A stretch of 59,274 nucleotides of DNA, the filler included, from Dugesia japonica (taxonomy: Eukaryota): NCBI GenBank assembly GCA_001938525.1. It is 5 parts of 5 records of this genome, joined end to end, with 100 filler letters (N's around TTAATTAATTAA, not from the genome) between each part and the next. Parts side by side here need not be neighbours in the genome. Positions count along the whole stretch, not along the records: positions 33,778 to 50,846 come from MQRL01607261.1; 4 more parts are not named here. One strand, written 5' to 3'. Positions 40,417-50,946 of this stretch are shown piece by piece. A program made the translations under genes and the position numbers. Under the pieces are notes generated by a model. That model saw only the letters and a list, made by a program, of their open reading frames with translations. It was not told where the DNA came from and made no database searches. Each line of letters opens with the position of its first letter. The stretch's first letter is position 1.

Positions 40417-40929
40417 TTAGCTTTCATCTTCTGTTTCATATTCTGTTTCTTCATCAACATTTCCTCCTTTATGTGGATTATATGGATTTAAATATAANNN
40501 NNNNNNNNNNNNNNNNNNNNNNNNNNNNNNNNNNNNNNNNNNNNNNNNNNNNNNNNNNNNNNNNNNNNNNNNNNNAAAATATTTATGAATTGCAGAACCT
40601 TGATATGAATTTAAATATAAACCAGATCCTTCAGTTTTTGTTTCAGTTTTAGGTTTATCAAGTAATTCGATCTCTTTTTGAACTTTAATTGCATTTCTAG
40701 AATTAGTAACTGTATTTGCAATTCCACTTGCTATTCCAGCAGTTCCAGCTAACGCACCAATAATTGCTGGGATAGCAGCTAAAAATGCAAAACAACCCTC
40801 TTTAGATTTCTTCTTAACTTCATCTTTTACTTTTTTACTGATATAATAATTTTTACCATTAATTTTTACAGTTTTACATTTTTTAGAATTTAGTATTCTT
40901 TCTAATTCTTCTTCTGTTGGATTACTCAT
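40417..40929 (-). CDS. pX/pVI-like virion core or membrane-lytic precursor
   Basis: Basic N-terminus, KEG(C)FAFLAAIPAIIGALAGTAGIASGIANTV hydrophobic/amphipathic segment after a GG|F-like adenain site, and repeated GSGLYLNSY / LYLNPY motifs. No PLA2 domain visible. Confidence 0.65.
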   Translation of the reverse strand: MSNPTEEELERILNSKKCKTVKINGKNYYISKKVKDEVKKKSKEGCFAFLAAIPAIIGALAGTAGIASGIANTVTNSRNAIKVQKEIELLDKPKTETKTEGSGLYLNSYQGSAIHKYFXXXXXXXXXXXXXXXXXXXXXXXXXXLYLNPYNPHKGGNVDEETEYETEDES

Positions 40930-40953
40930 TTCTTATAATAAAAATATTGAGTG

Positions 40954-43900
40954 TCAACGAATAAAGAGTGAAACGAGTGCTAAACATTTTAATGTTTTAT
41001 TTATTAAATCTAATCTTAAATGCCAATCTTCACATTTTTCATATGTATATTGATTTCCATGTGACCATGTTCTAGTTCCATTATCTTCTATAATTGTTTT
41101 ATCACTATATCCTGTTAAAGCAATCTTTTTTTGTTTGGTTAATTCAATTTCATGTAATTCAGATTTTAATGAATAGTTTGTTCCATAAATTATTTGTTTA
41201 GGATCATTTAAAACAGAATCACATTCTTTCATTCCAATTTTATTAAAAGATTGTACACCTTTATGTTTTTTACTAAATTTAATATTTCCTCTTTCTTCTA
41301 TACCCAGAGGGACCCATTCATAAGCATTAGATTTTGGTTTTATAAAATCACATTTAAGTATTTCAGAATTAGGCATTTCATCTTTCATCTGAAATAAATC
41401 ATTTCCAGTTAATCTATTTAATTTTTCTAAATTATCTTTTCCAATTATCTCAACAAATACGGAATCGGTATCGCTGAAGTGTATTTTATAATTATTTTGA
41501 CCGACTTCTGGTTCTAATTGATTATATACAAAATTGTACATTACCTCTTTTGCATATTCAAGAATTGTAAATCCTAAATATGGAAATTTATTATATTTTA
41601 AATTAGTTTTTATCATATGAACTACAGCTATTGTTTCAATAGTTTCATTATCTAATTTAAAACTTTTAGTACTTAAATAAGTTGGTTTAGATGTATACTT
41701 TTGAAAATCTTTATCAGTTCCTACAATATGTATGTTACATCTATTTCTTATATTTTCAAGTGTTTTACCATAAAATGAATTATTTATATCTTTAAAGAAA
41801 GTTACACCAAATTCATCATTATTTCTTTTTGCTATATTTCTTTCATCAATATTAAAAAGTATGTAATCTCTTAACCATGGAATTGTTGGCATTTTATATT
41901 TAGTATGAATCTTTTTTAATTTCATTCCTAGTTTTAAATAGAGATCTAAAGTTGATCCAAGTATAATATATTTTTCTTAATCAAGTTGATTCATTGTTAA
42001 TTTAATATTTTTATTTGATAATTTTTTATTAAATGATTTTTGATAATTACTTAACATATCATCTGTAATAAGAATTCTATCAGGTGCTAATGGAAAATAT
42101 TTTGTTCTATCATGAATTTCTGGTGGATAATCTAAGTCAACTTCATAAAGATAATTCATTGTATCAGTTGCTGTTTCATATCCCAACTCCTCACACTCAA
42201 TAAATTCACCTGTTAGTAATGGTTTTGTCATACAACTTGCATATAAAGAATTTGTATCTAAATATTTTATGTAGGTGTCATCAAAATAATAATTTGGAAT
42301 ATTTTTTCCTTCACGTAATAATTTTGCTATTTCTTCTGATTGTGCTTTATTTATTTTTCTGTATGGGTCTGAAGAATTATGACTGAAAACTTGACGATCA
42401 CCTTCTTCTCCAGAATATCCACCTCTAACTCCACGTTCAAATTTTAGGAAAGTATCATAAGTTTCTTGTTTNNNNNNNNNNNNNNNNNNNNNNNNNNNNN
42501 NNNNNNNNNNNNNNNNNNNNNNNNNNNNNNNNNNNNNNNNNNAACTTGGATCTATTTTATAAAATTCTAAACAAATCTTTCTAAAATTTTCTACATAATC
42601 TGAAAGAATTAATACATCTAATTTCATATAGTGTAACATGTAATCCCAAAGATTATTAAAATTATTATCATTTAAGAATTCTTGATAATCATTATCAGAT
42701 ATTCCTTTTTGTTTTAATATATTAAAGAATTCTTCTTTTGTTGGTATTTGATCTGATTTTAATAATTGTATAACTTCTTTGACATTATTTGCTTTAACAT
42801 AATCATATGGAAAATGAGCTTTTTTAGGTCTTAAGTTAAATGAATTTAATATTTCATGATTTTTTGATTTAGTTAATGTTTCACCCATTTTCTCAACTGA
42901 TGTTTTACATATTTTAAAAGAATCTAGAAATCTAATATTTTTATATTGAAATGTGATATATTGATCATCAGAATGTGGAATTATTTTCTTTATTTCATTT
43001 GGATGTTTTGTTAAAAGTTGTTTAAAGAATAAATGATTGTCATAACCCATTGCATTATGAAAATAACATGGAATAAATAAGTTTCTTTTACTTTTATCTT
43101 GAAGATTACATTCAGAATGTGTATAACCTCGAAATTCTCCATTAAAATGATTATGATCTAAAACTGGATTTTCTGTTATTTGTTTTTCACAATAATAACA
43201 TTTTTGATTTCGTTTAAATGCTGGACATATTCCTGTATATTCTTTTATTAACTTTTTGAAAATAACATCTTTAAATTTTTTATTAATATCTTCAAGAAAC
43301 TTTATAAAATCATTAACCACATTTTCTCCTAAAAATTCATAATATTTACTTGGTATTAAATCTGGATAATCTGATTTTAAATATATTCCTAAACTTATTG
43401 GTTCTTGAATATTATTTTCTTTTGTGTAACATTCAAAATCAGCATACATTACAAATGGTATTTTATTTTTAAAATAATTATTTTTAAATTCAAAGTATTC
43501 CTCTATAGGAAATATTACTTTTGCTGTTTTATGATGAATACATTCTTCTTGATGTTTTAATAAAACTTCTTTAGATGAATATTGATTCATACAACCAAGA
43601 CACAAATAATTTCCTGGTTTAACATTAAATAAAGTATGTACATTTCTAACTAATACATAATGATTTTTATAAAGTAACAAATCACATTTATTTTCTTCAG
43701 GATTTGGTTTTATTGAATAATGTGAAATACGAATTGGTGTAATGTTATCATTTAATTCAAAAAGATTTATTTTAAAATTATTTAACTTTTCTAATTTCTT
43801 TATATCTTCAATTGCTGATGGAAATGTCATTCCTTCAGTTTTTAATTCTGGTAAATGTAGAATATAATTTCCTACACGTGTTGCTTGTGGTAAAACATGT

Positions 43901-44721
43901 TTATGTGCAAGAACTGAATATAATAAACATTTATTATCTCTGTTTTTTATATTAATAACTCCATATTTTTCAAATGGTAATTTACAATATGTTGCCCCAA
44001 CTAATGATTGATATTTTTCTAATTCTAATTTAAAATCAATTATGTGATCATAGTTCCAATTAGATTCACATCGATCTATATCTTGAATATATCTTTCTAC
44101 TTCTTCAAACATTTGATTTATCTTTTTTAGGTATTGATGCTTTTGTATAAATTTTTCTATTTATAGTGTAAGAATAAAAATTAGCTATTCTTCCTTCTTT
44201 ACTATATTGACAATTAACTCCCATTTTAAATTTATGACCTNATTTAAAAAACTCTAAACAAATATGTTCTACAAATGGTTTAAGTGGTTCAACCGATCTT
44301 AATTTAAATCTTTCAATATTTCTTGTAATACATAATCTGCTATTTAAAAATACATTAATATCATAATCTGGATATGTTTCTTGATTGAATTTTCTCTAAT
44401 ATGTCTTGGTTTATCTTTTCGATTTTTCATCAATCTAGAAATTAATTTTAAATGAAGTTTACTTTTAAAATTTTCTTCTAATGCTTCTTCATTTGGAAAA
44501 TGTTTATCACAAAATTCACAATATAAATCAACACTACCACATTTAGTTTTTCTCTTGTGTATATTTAAACCAGATTGGGTTTTAAATTTTTTTTCACATA
44601 CTTCACAAATTACCCAATCATTTGGATTTAAAACTACACATGTTTTAGATTGAATATGTGAATTTAATCCTCGTTTATTTTTAAATGGTTTATCACAATT
44701 AGGACATCTTAATGTAGACAT
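40954..44721 (-). pseudogene. Protein-primed family B DNA polymerase polyprotein (3x C2H2 ZnF, OTU-like protease, exonuclease with EndoVII insert, polymerase)
   Basis: Exonuclease motifs YADFE, FHNAMGYDNH, FLDS, YMKLDV; polymerase motifs YLDTNSLY, KDINNSFYGK, SDTDS; EndoVII-like CYYC...DHNHFNGEFRGYTHSECNL; DNKCL...HYVLV. In-frame TAA at 41977-41979 (LD*EKYIILGSTLDLYLKLGMKL). Frameshifts in A-runs near 44390 and 44125 link the ZnF ORF via an open linker (KFNQETYPDYDINVFLNSRLCITRNIERFKLRSVEPLKPFVEHIC...). Confidence 0.92.
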
Positions 44722-45539
44722 TTTTATTTTCTTCCTCTTTTTTTATTATAATAAATTTAATCATATCTCTTAAATTTTTCCTCTTAAATTTTACAAACAT
44801 TTACATGAGGCATTTCACATTTCGTGATTAAAATTTTTGGTTAAAATTTTTACATGTCANNNNNNNNNNNNNNNNNNNNNNNNNNNNNNNNNNNNNNNNN
44901 NNNNNNNNNNNNNNNNNNNNNNNNNNNNNNNNNNNNNNNNNNNNNNNNNNNNNNNNNNNNNNNNNNNNNNNNNNNNNNNNNNNNNNNNNNNNNNNNNNNN
45001 NNNNNNNNNNNNNNNNNNNNNNNNNNNNNNNNNNNNNNNNNNNNNNNNNNNNNNNNNNNNNNNNNNNNNNNNNNNNNNNNNNNNNNNNNNNNNNNNNNNN
45101 NNNNNNNNNNNNNNNNNNNNNNNNNNNNNNNNNNNNNNNNNNNNNNNNNNNNNNNNNNNNNNNNNNNNNNNNNNNNNATTTTCTCATTTCACATTTGACA
45201 CTCAAAATTGACACCAAAATATTTGGACAACAATCCAGTCCTAATTATGGGTGTTATTTATATACTTCTATATTATAACAATCATTAAAAGTTGAAATTT
45301 ACTCGAAAAATCATGAATTTAAAATCAAATGTAAAACTTAAAAATTTAATTAAAATAAATTAAAAGTAACAAATGAAATAAAATTATAAGATGGAAACAT
45401 TTTTTGCCAAAAGTTCTTTAGACAATGTATAAGTAGTTTNNNNNNNNNNNNNNNNNNNNNNNNNNNNNNNNNNNNNNNNNNNNNNNNNNNNNNNNNNNNN
45501 NNNNNNNNNNNNNNAAAGGGGTTTAGTACAACACACTCT

Positions 45540-46990
45540 TTTCTCAGAGAAACAAGCATATTTCTATAAAAAACGCTATATACATTTCAATCAGTATATA
45601 ATTCTAAGTTACGGACGCTATTACAGACCGGTTAATCCCAGAGAGTTTTGGAAGAAATATAGAAATAGAAAAGAATTGCTGAGGTTTATTATTTTTGCAT
45701 ACACGTTAAACATTATTTGTAACGCAAAAATTTTGTTTTGAGGACAGATCATTAAGCTATTACATTTGAATACAAAGACCAATCACTGCACAGTTTCAAA
45801 CGTGTATAAACTTTTAAGTAGTTTAGACACAACTTTGGAATATCGTAAAGTTGTCTTGCATAGTAATGCTGATATGTTGATTATGCTAAATTGTTAGTCG
45901 TGTATTTAATGTCAACTGATTCATTCAGATGCAAAGAAGGAAAAATTAAAAACGAAGAGTTTGAATTTATTTGAGAGAGATGATATTAGTAATGAAACAA
46001 GAAAGAGTGAAGTATTGAATGTCAATAGAAAAATTTGGCTTTTGAAAGAGATGATAGAGAAAAAGATTAGAGAAATATACTATCAGCTGTGTCTCGCGGG
46101 AGTAGAGAAAACTTTGTATTATTAAAGAAGGAATTATGTGAGAAATGGCTTGGGGTAGAGAACAAAAAAGGTTGTTCGGAGTTTTTTGTTTTTGCAGAAA
46201 GTAAAGGCTAACACAGTGTCTACGCGTGGATCAACAAAATGGTCAGATAGTTATAGTCGTATGGAAGTTATGTTTATTAATATTTGCGGGCCATTAAAAA
46301 ACCAAAAGTAGGAAGAAATAGATTTTAGAAATTATAGACCAATGTACTAAATATGTTATTTTGGTAGAATTGACTAGACAAAATGAAGGAACCTTTAAAA
46401 AAGCCATTTGGAGAAATTGAATTTTAATATATAGGTGTCCCCGAAAAATTCTCACAATTTGTGGCAAAGGTTTTGAATCTCGGGAGATGATAGATTTTTC
46501 GAGTACATTCAATATTGTGTGGAAGATTGCAAGTTCAAATCCTCACAAAACGAAAGGTCAGATTAAACGGAAATTCAGAGCAGTTCGGGATTTCTCGAAT
46601 GCAGCTATACAGGAAAGAAGAACATCGATCCTACAGATATATTATTAGAAATGAAGTTTGCTCTGAATGCAACAACAACAGATATCAGTCCTATGGAAAT
46701 GGTTTTGGCACGGCAGATCTGTAGGGAAAGTTGGGCAGGAGAAAAAGAGCTGATAGAAACGAGATATAATGTAAGAGAAGAAAGCACTTGTAAAACTAGG
46801 AGACACTTTCAAATAGGATATGAACTTTAGTGGAGGTATAAACATGACAGAAACGGCAGGAGAGATTTGAAGGGCCATATAAGATTACACAAAAAATTCA
46901 CGATAGATGTTATGGTATGTTGAGAGAATATGGTAAAAGATTAATTCGCTGTGGAAAAAATTTAAACATTCTTAAAAAGGGGACGTGAGG
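45540..46990 (+). mobile_element. Decayed Ty3/gypsy LTR retrotransposon pol 3' region (RNase H-integrase) with polypurine tract
   Basis: KELL..Y...HVKHYL...FVLRTDH.AI, QFQTCINFLSSLD..LEYRK...HSNADML, FINICGPL, IIDQCTKY, CPRKILTICGKGFES remnants; aaaaagggga PPT-like tract at ~46974-46983. Confidence 0.8.
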
Positions 46991-47599
46991 ATTCGTAGTT
47001 AATTATATTATTTTAATTTTTAATAAATTGTATTTGTATTTGTATTTGTATTTATAATTAGATTTAAATTGGTATAAGTTAAAAGACTTGATTTTTCCAT
47101 AAGTATTTAATAAAACAAAAACTATTTTTTAATAAGGAATTATTTTAACAAATAATATCATTTAATATTAACAAATTTAAATCTTAATATCATTTTATAA
47201 ATGATATATAACTGCTNNNTCTCTCTCTTTAATTTTGATTTTCAATTTTCTTTAGCCATTCAAGTCTTCTGGGTTCAAGCTGTCTTAATTTATACAAATG
47301 CAAGTGCAATGAAAAATTTGGCAACTGCACTATTAACTAAATATACTCGGTAAAGAATTCCATTCTTCTAGTATGTATTTTCAGTTCAATCTTCTACTGA
47401 TTTATTCTCAGTAGAAATTTTACATATCTTTATTTCTAATTTAGTTCTTCAAAGTTTTTTCTCCATAGAAAACTATGTAAAACGCTATATTCAGTCGACT
47501 AAATAAATGTAGATCTAGTCTAAACTAGACGATCTCATCAAGAATATACCGCCCTTAAACAAGTGCCGCCCCCAACACACCCATAGATACACCACTGAT

Positions 47600-48000
47600 T
47601 CAAAGATAAATGCTTTGATATAATTTGTTTTGGGTACCCGTTATTTAAGAATTTATTTTTTATGAACTTGAGAGAGATCAATTCCATTTCTTCATTTAAA
47701 GATAGTCTCTCAACTCGAATTCTTTCACCTTTAATTATACTAATTTTCTGGCTGATAGTAGTATTACTACTCCATGGCAATATATGTCCACTGTGAAATG
47801 GTTTCATATATAATTGGTTAGTTAATATTTCACCAGGTTTTTTTGGATCAAAGTGTCCAGAAAAGGAATCTGAAAGTCAATCTATTTTTCTAAAGTGAAT
47901 TTAGTATTATCATTTATACTTTTGGCTAATTCTAAAATATTCTCTAATGGAGAATTAGTTACAAAGTAAATATCATTTATATATCCAAACCATTATGGGG
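47600..48000 (-). mobile_element. Penelope-like reverse transcriptase C-terminal fragment
   Basis: WFGYINDIYF (degenerate YVDD), KFTLEK, IPFLDTLI, YMKPFHSGHILPWSS...K...IKGERIR...NNGYPK. Confidence 0.75.
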
Positions 48001-48992
48001 TATCAAGAAATGAATACTGAAATGGAATTGATTAAAGGTTGAAAGAACTATTTATTATTACTTTATCAACTTCCCATTAAAAATCAGTGGACTTTTATTT
48101 TACTAAATGGAAAATACAGCGAAGTAATAATCAAATTAAATATGTTTACGAGAATAATTATTGGACTTAACTATTGATTGCATTTGAGATTTCATTAAAT
48201 TAAAAGTTTCTATCAAAAATGTTTTTAATTTCTTGATAGTATTTAACAAATTAAATTTTTTTGATAAAACAAACATGAGACCAAACAACAATAATTTCTT
48301 ATTAATTTTCATAAATTCAGATATTTTAATTATAAATATTNNNNNNNNNNNNNNNNNNNNNNNNNNNCTTTTTGAGGTTTAATTTTCATTGATTTCAGCA
48401 TAATTAATTATTAATAAAACTCATCGTTGTTTAAGATTCATTATATAAATTCTTTTTACTGAGTTTATCTCATTAATCACGTTTAAATATAACTGAAAAG
48501 AATAGTGCATGAATTAATGTAGAAAAAACATTCCAGCTACGAATAAATTAGGGAATATAACAATTTATGAGGCAACTAAACCCAGCTGTAGTTAAAGATG
48601 GATCACACAGGGGATGCGATCACCTCCAACCATAGTAGAATTTTCACATTTGTGAAAATATTACTCTTTTGCCAAAAACTATATAACATGGAACGGCTAA
48701 CCACATGAATATAAATTAAAATTTCGTGTAATGCATATATTCCAATTTCCTACCAAAATCAAAATATTGTTTCACTTTTTAATTATTTCTCTCTTGAAAA
48801 ATTAATAGATCCATCGCTGCCTGTAGTTAGATTTAAATCAGTTTGTATTTTTTAAAATAAAATCTTTACTAATACCAAATTAGAAAGAAAACAATTTATT
48901 AAAAACAATTATAAATCATACTACAAAAGCTTCAAAATGTCAAAACAATAAAAGCGTTCATATAAAAAATTCGAAAAAACATTTTAGTAAAT

Positions 48993-50513
48993 TTATAGAA
49001 GCTCTGAACTACCTACAGGGGGTGCTGAAGGATCATTTGAAAATTTCAATGCAAATCCTTTATTTTTCAATGGTATTTTCATAAAACTTTCACTATTAGA
49101 TGGACTTTGAATATTTCTATTATTTTTTTGTTTTACTCGATTTCGTAAATCAATTTGATGATAACCTTCAGTTGAATAAATTTCAAACAATCGACAAACA
49201 ATACTACTAGTTGTTAAATCACCGACATTCATTGATAACATTCGAATAATAAAATTTCCATCTTGTCTTAAAAATTCCACAACGAATCTATCTATTTTTC
49301 GTTTGGTAAATGAATCGAATACACCGAAAATATCATTCATTTTTAAACATAATTTTACAATTTGTTTCTGAGATTTTCTACAAATAATACGATATATCCA
49401 TAATGGTAAACTTAATATCGTTAGGAATAGAACAATGCTGAAAAAAAAGTATAAAAATATATATATTTTTTCATTGAGCATATTTATTGGAAGAAGACAT
49501 TGAGCAACTGCGTTATTGATATTTCCCATTTGCTCTAAAGCATTTCGACACATACCAACTCTTGGAAAAACTTGAGTTTCTGTCCATTCTTTACCATCAA
49601 GAATATCTTTTAAAATTCGATGCCCGAATAGTGTATAACCTTCTTTTCTGTCTAATCTCAGAAAATAAAACATGAGATACAGTTGAAGAAATCCAATAAC
49701 GATATACATGATTTTCANGAGAAAATAAAATGTCACCAATAAATTTCCATTTCTTTTTCCTGGAATATGTCTAGAGATTCGATTCTTAATTGTTTCGGTA
49801 ACGGTTTTGATTTTCCTATGTCCAAATAACATTATTTCAATATTTCTTGAAATATGCTCAATAATTTTTTTTCTAGTTTCTTCGTCTTGACTATTGGCAT
49901 CATTAGCATCTTTTATCAATTGTTCAAGGTCCATTCCAACTCTATTGTAAGTTATTATTTGCCAGAACAATCTTGGTAAATAATACAAAATAGCTTGTAA
50001 TCCCAAAACAAACGGAATCCATTGATAATAATCTATAATGAATTGACATGTAAAATACAATAATAAATTGCTAATATAAAAATATATTAAATAATAATCA
50101 ATAAATTTATTAATCAATACATATGATATTAATGATAATTAATTACCAAAAAATAAACAAACACAAAATATTTTATTTTGATTGTGTGAGATGAACTTAC
50201 TCATTGTATCTTTCTGAAGAATTTTCCAGTCTTCTAATTTATGAGGAACTTTAGTCGATAAATTCATTGGAACTGTGCCTTCCACCCAACACATATTAGT
50301 TATATAATCTTCTGCATTGCTACCACCCGGTATTGTCGAAATATAGCATATAATTGGGTTCATAAAATACTGTCTCATAGANACTATTACAACACATATC
50401 ATTAGTACAATAATATTTCCTTGAAAATTAGCACGATCTGAAAAATCTTCCAAACCAGAGTATTGGACAACAGAAAATCCATTGATATAAGAAAGAAATT
50501 CAGTAGCCACCAT
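48993..50513 (-). CDS. inx: Innexin (gap-junction protein), 2 coding exons, ~450 aa
   Basis: Exons 50201-50513 and 48993-50032 (GT-AG intron) give ...DTMNYYQWIPFVL. Motifs EDFSDR, QYF..PI.C, YITNMCW, YYQW.P, FPRVGMC, QCLLPINMLNEKIYIFL, FLRQDG.F. Confidence 0.95.
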
Positions 50514-50846
50514 TTTCTAAAATACAAACAATATTAAATAAATCTGTATTAATTCAATGTTGATTATGTAATTTTAACCTTGAATTTCACAAGAAAAGGT
50601 CAATATCAACGAATTTTATTTAACAATATATCAATGACGTAATAGCATTTTAATTTAATTTTAATCCGTTATAATTTAAATACCAAAATAAAAACGTAAA
50701 TTATTTAAATATAAACATTTACCTTCAAAGTTGAAATCGGAAAACTAAATAAAATGTCAGGATTTGTTCAAATTTTAACCTCTGTCGCCTAATAAATGCA
50801 TGACTCATGTTCTAAATACATAACTAATTTCCAACCAATGATTCAT

Positions 50847-50946
50847 NNNNNNNNNNNNNNNNNNNNNNNNNNNNNNNNNNNNNNNNNNNNTTAATTAATT
50901 AANNNNNNNNNNNNNNNNNNNNNNNNNNNNNNNNNNNNNNNNNNNN
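50847..50946. other. Artificial assembly spacer (44N-TTAATTAATTAA-44N)
   Basis: Same 100-nt structure. Confidence 0.95.

Larger units (their letters stand above)
34822..40945 (-). promoter_or_regulatory. Recurrent gene-start motif TTTTTA(n)TAAGAAAT in the Polinton
   Basis: Minus strand: TTTTTATTATAAGAAATG (ATG 40929), TTTTTATAAGAAATG (40400), TTTTTACTTAAGAAATG (35490), TTTTTATTTAAGAAATAGAAAGGATG (34814), CTTTAAGAAAGAGATAAAGATG (38703). Confidence 0.6.
33778..44860 (-). mobile_element. Endogenous Polinton/Maverick (adintovirus-like), partial and inactivated
   Basis: Compact, intronless, co-oriented gene cluster with protein-primed PolB, adenain protease, penton and typical Polinton accessory ORFs. 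Left end cut by the spacer; right end runs into an N gap, so no TIR/TSD can be resolved. Confidence 0.93.

Noticed and set aside
44828-45217. ORFs made mainly of X (also 29348-29665, 45350-45559, 51227-51520)
   Set aside because: Artefacts of N gaps.
44860-45540. Polinton right TIR
   Set aside because: Mostly N; short catttcacattt repeats flank the gap but no AG-rich terminus or TSD can be identified.
48993-50513. Innexin as cargo of the Polinton (vinnexin-like)
   Set aside because: It has a spliceosomal intron and is separated from the element by gypsy and Penelope fragments; an ordinary host gene.
15625-50946. TTAATTAATTAA palindrome recurring four times
   Set aside because: Always centred in 44+44 Ns; an artificial six-frame-stop spacer. 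It also means adjacency across these points cannot be trusted.
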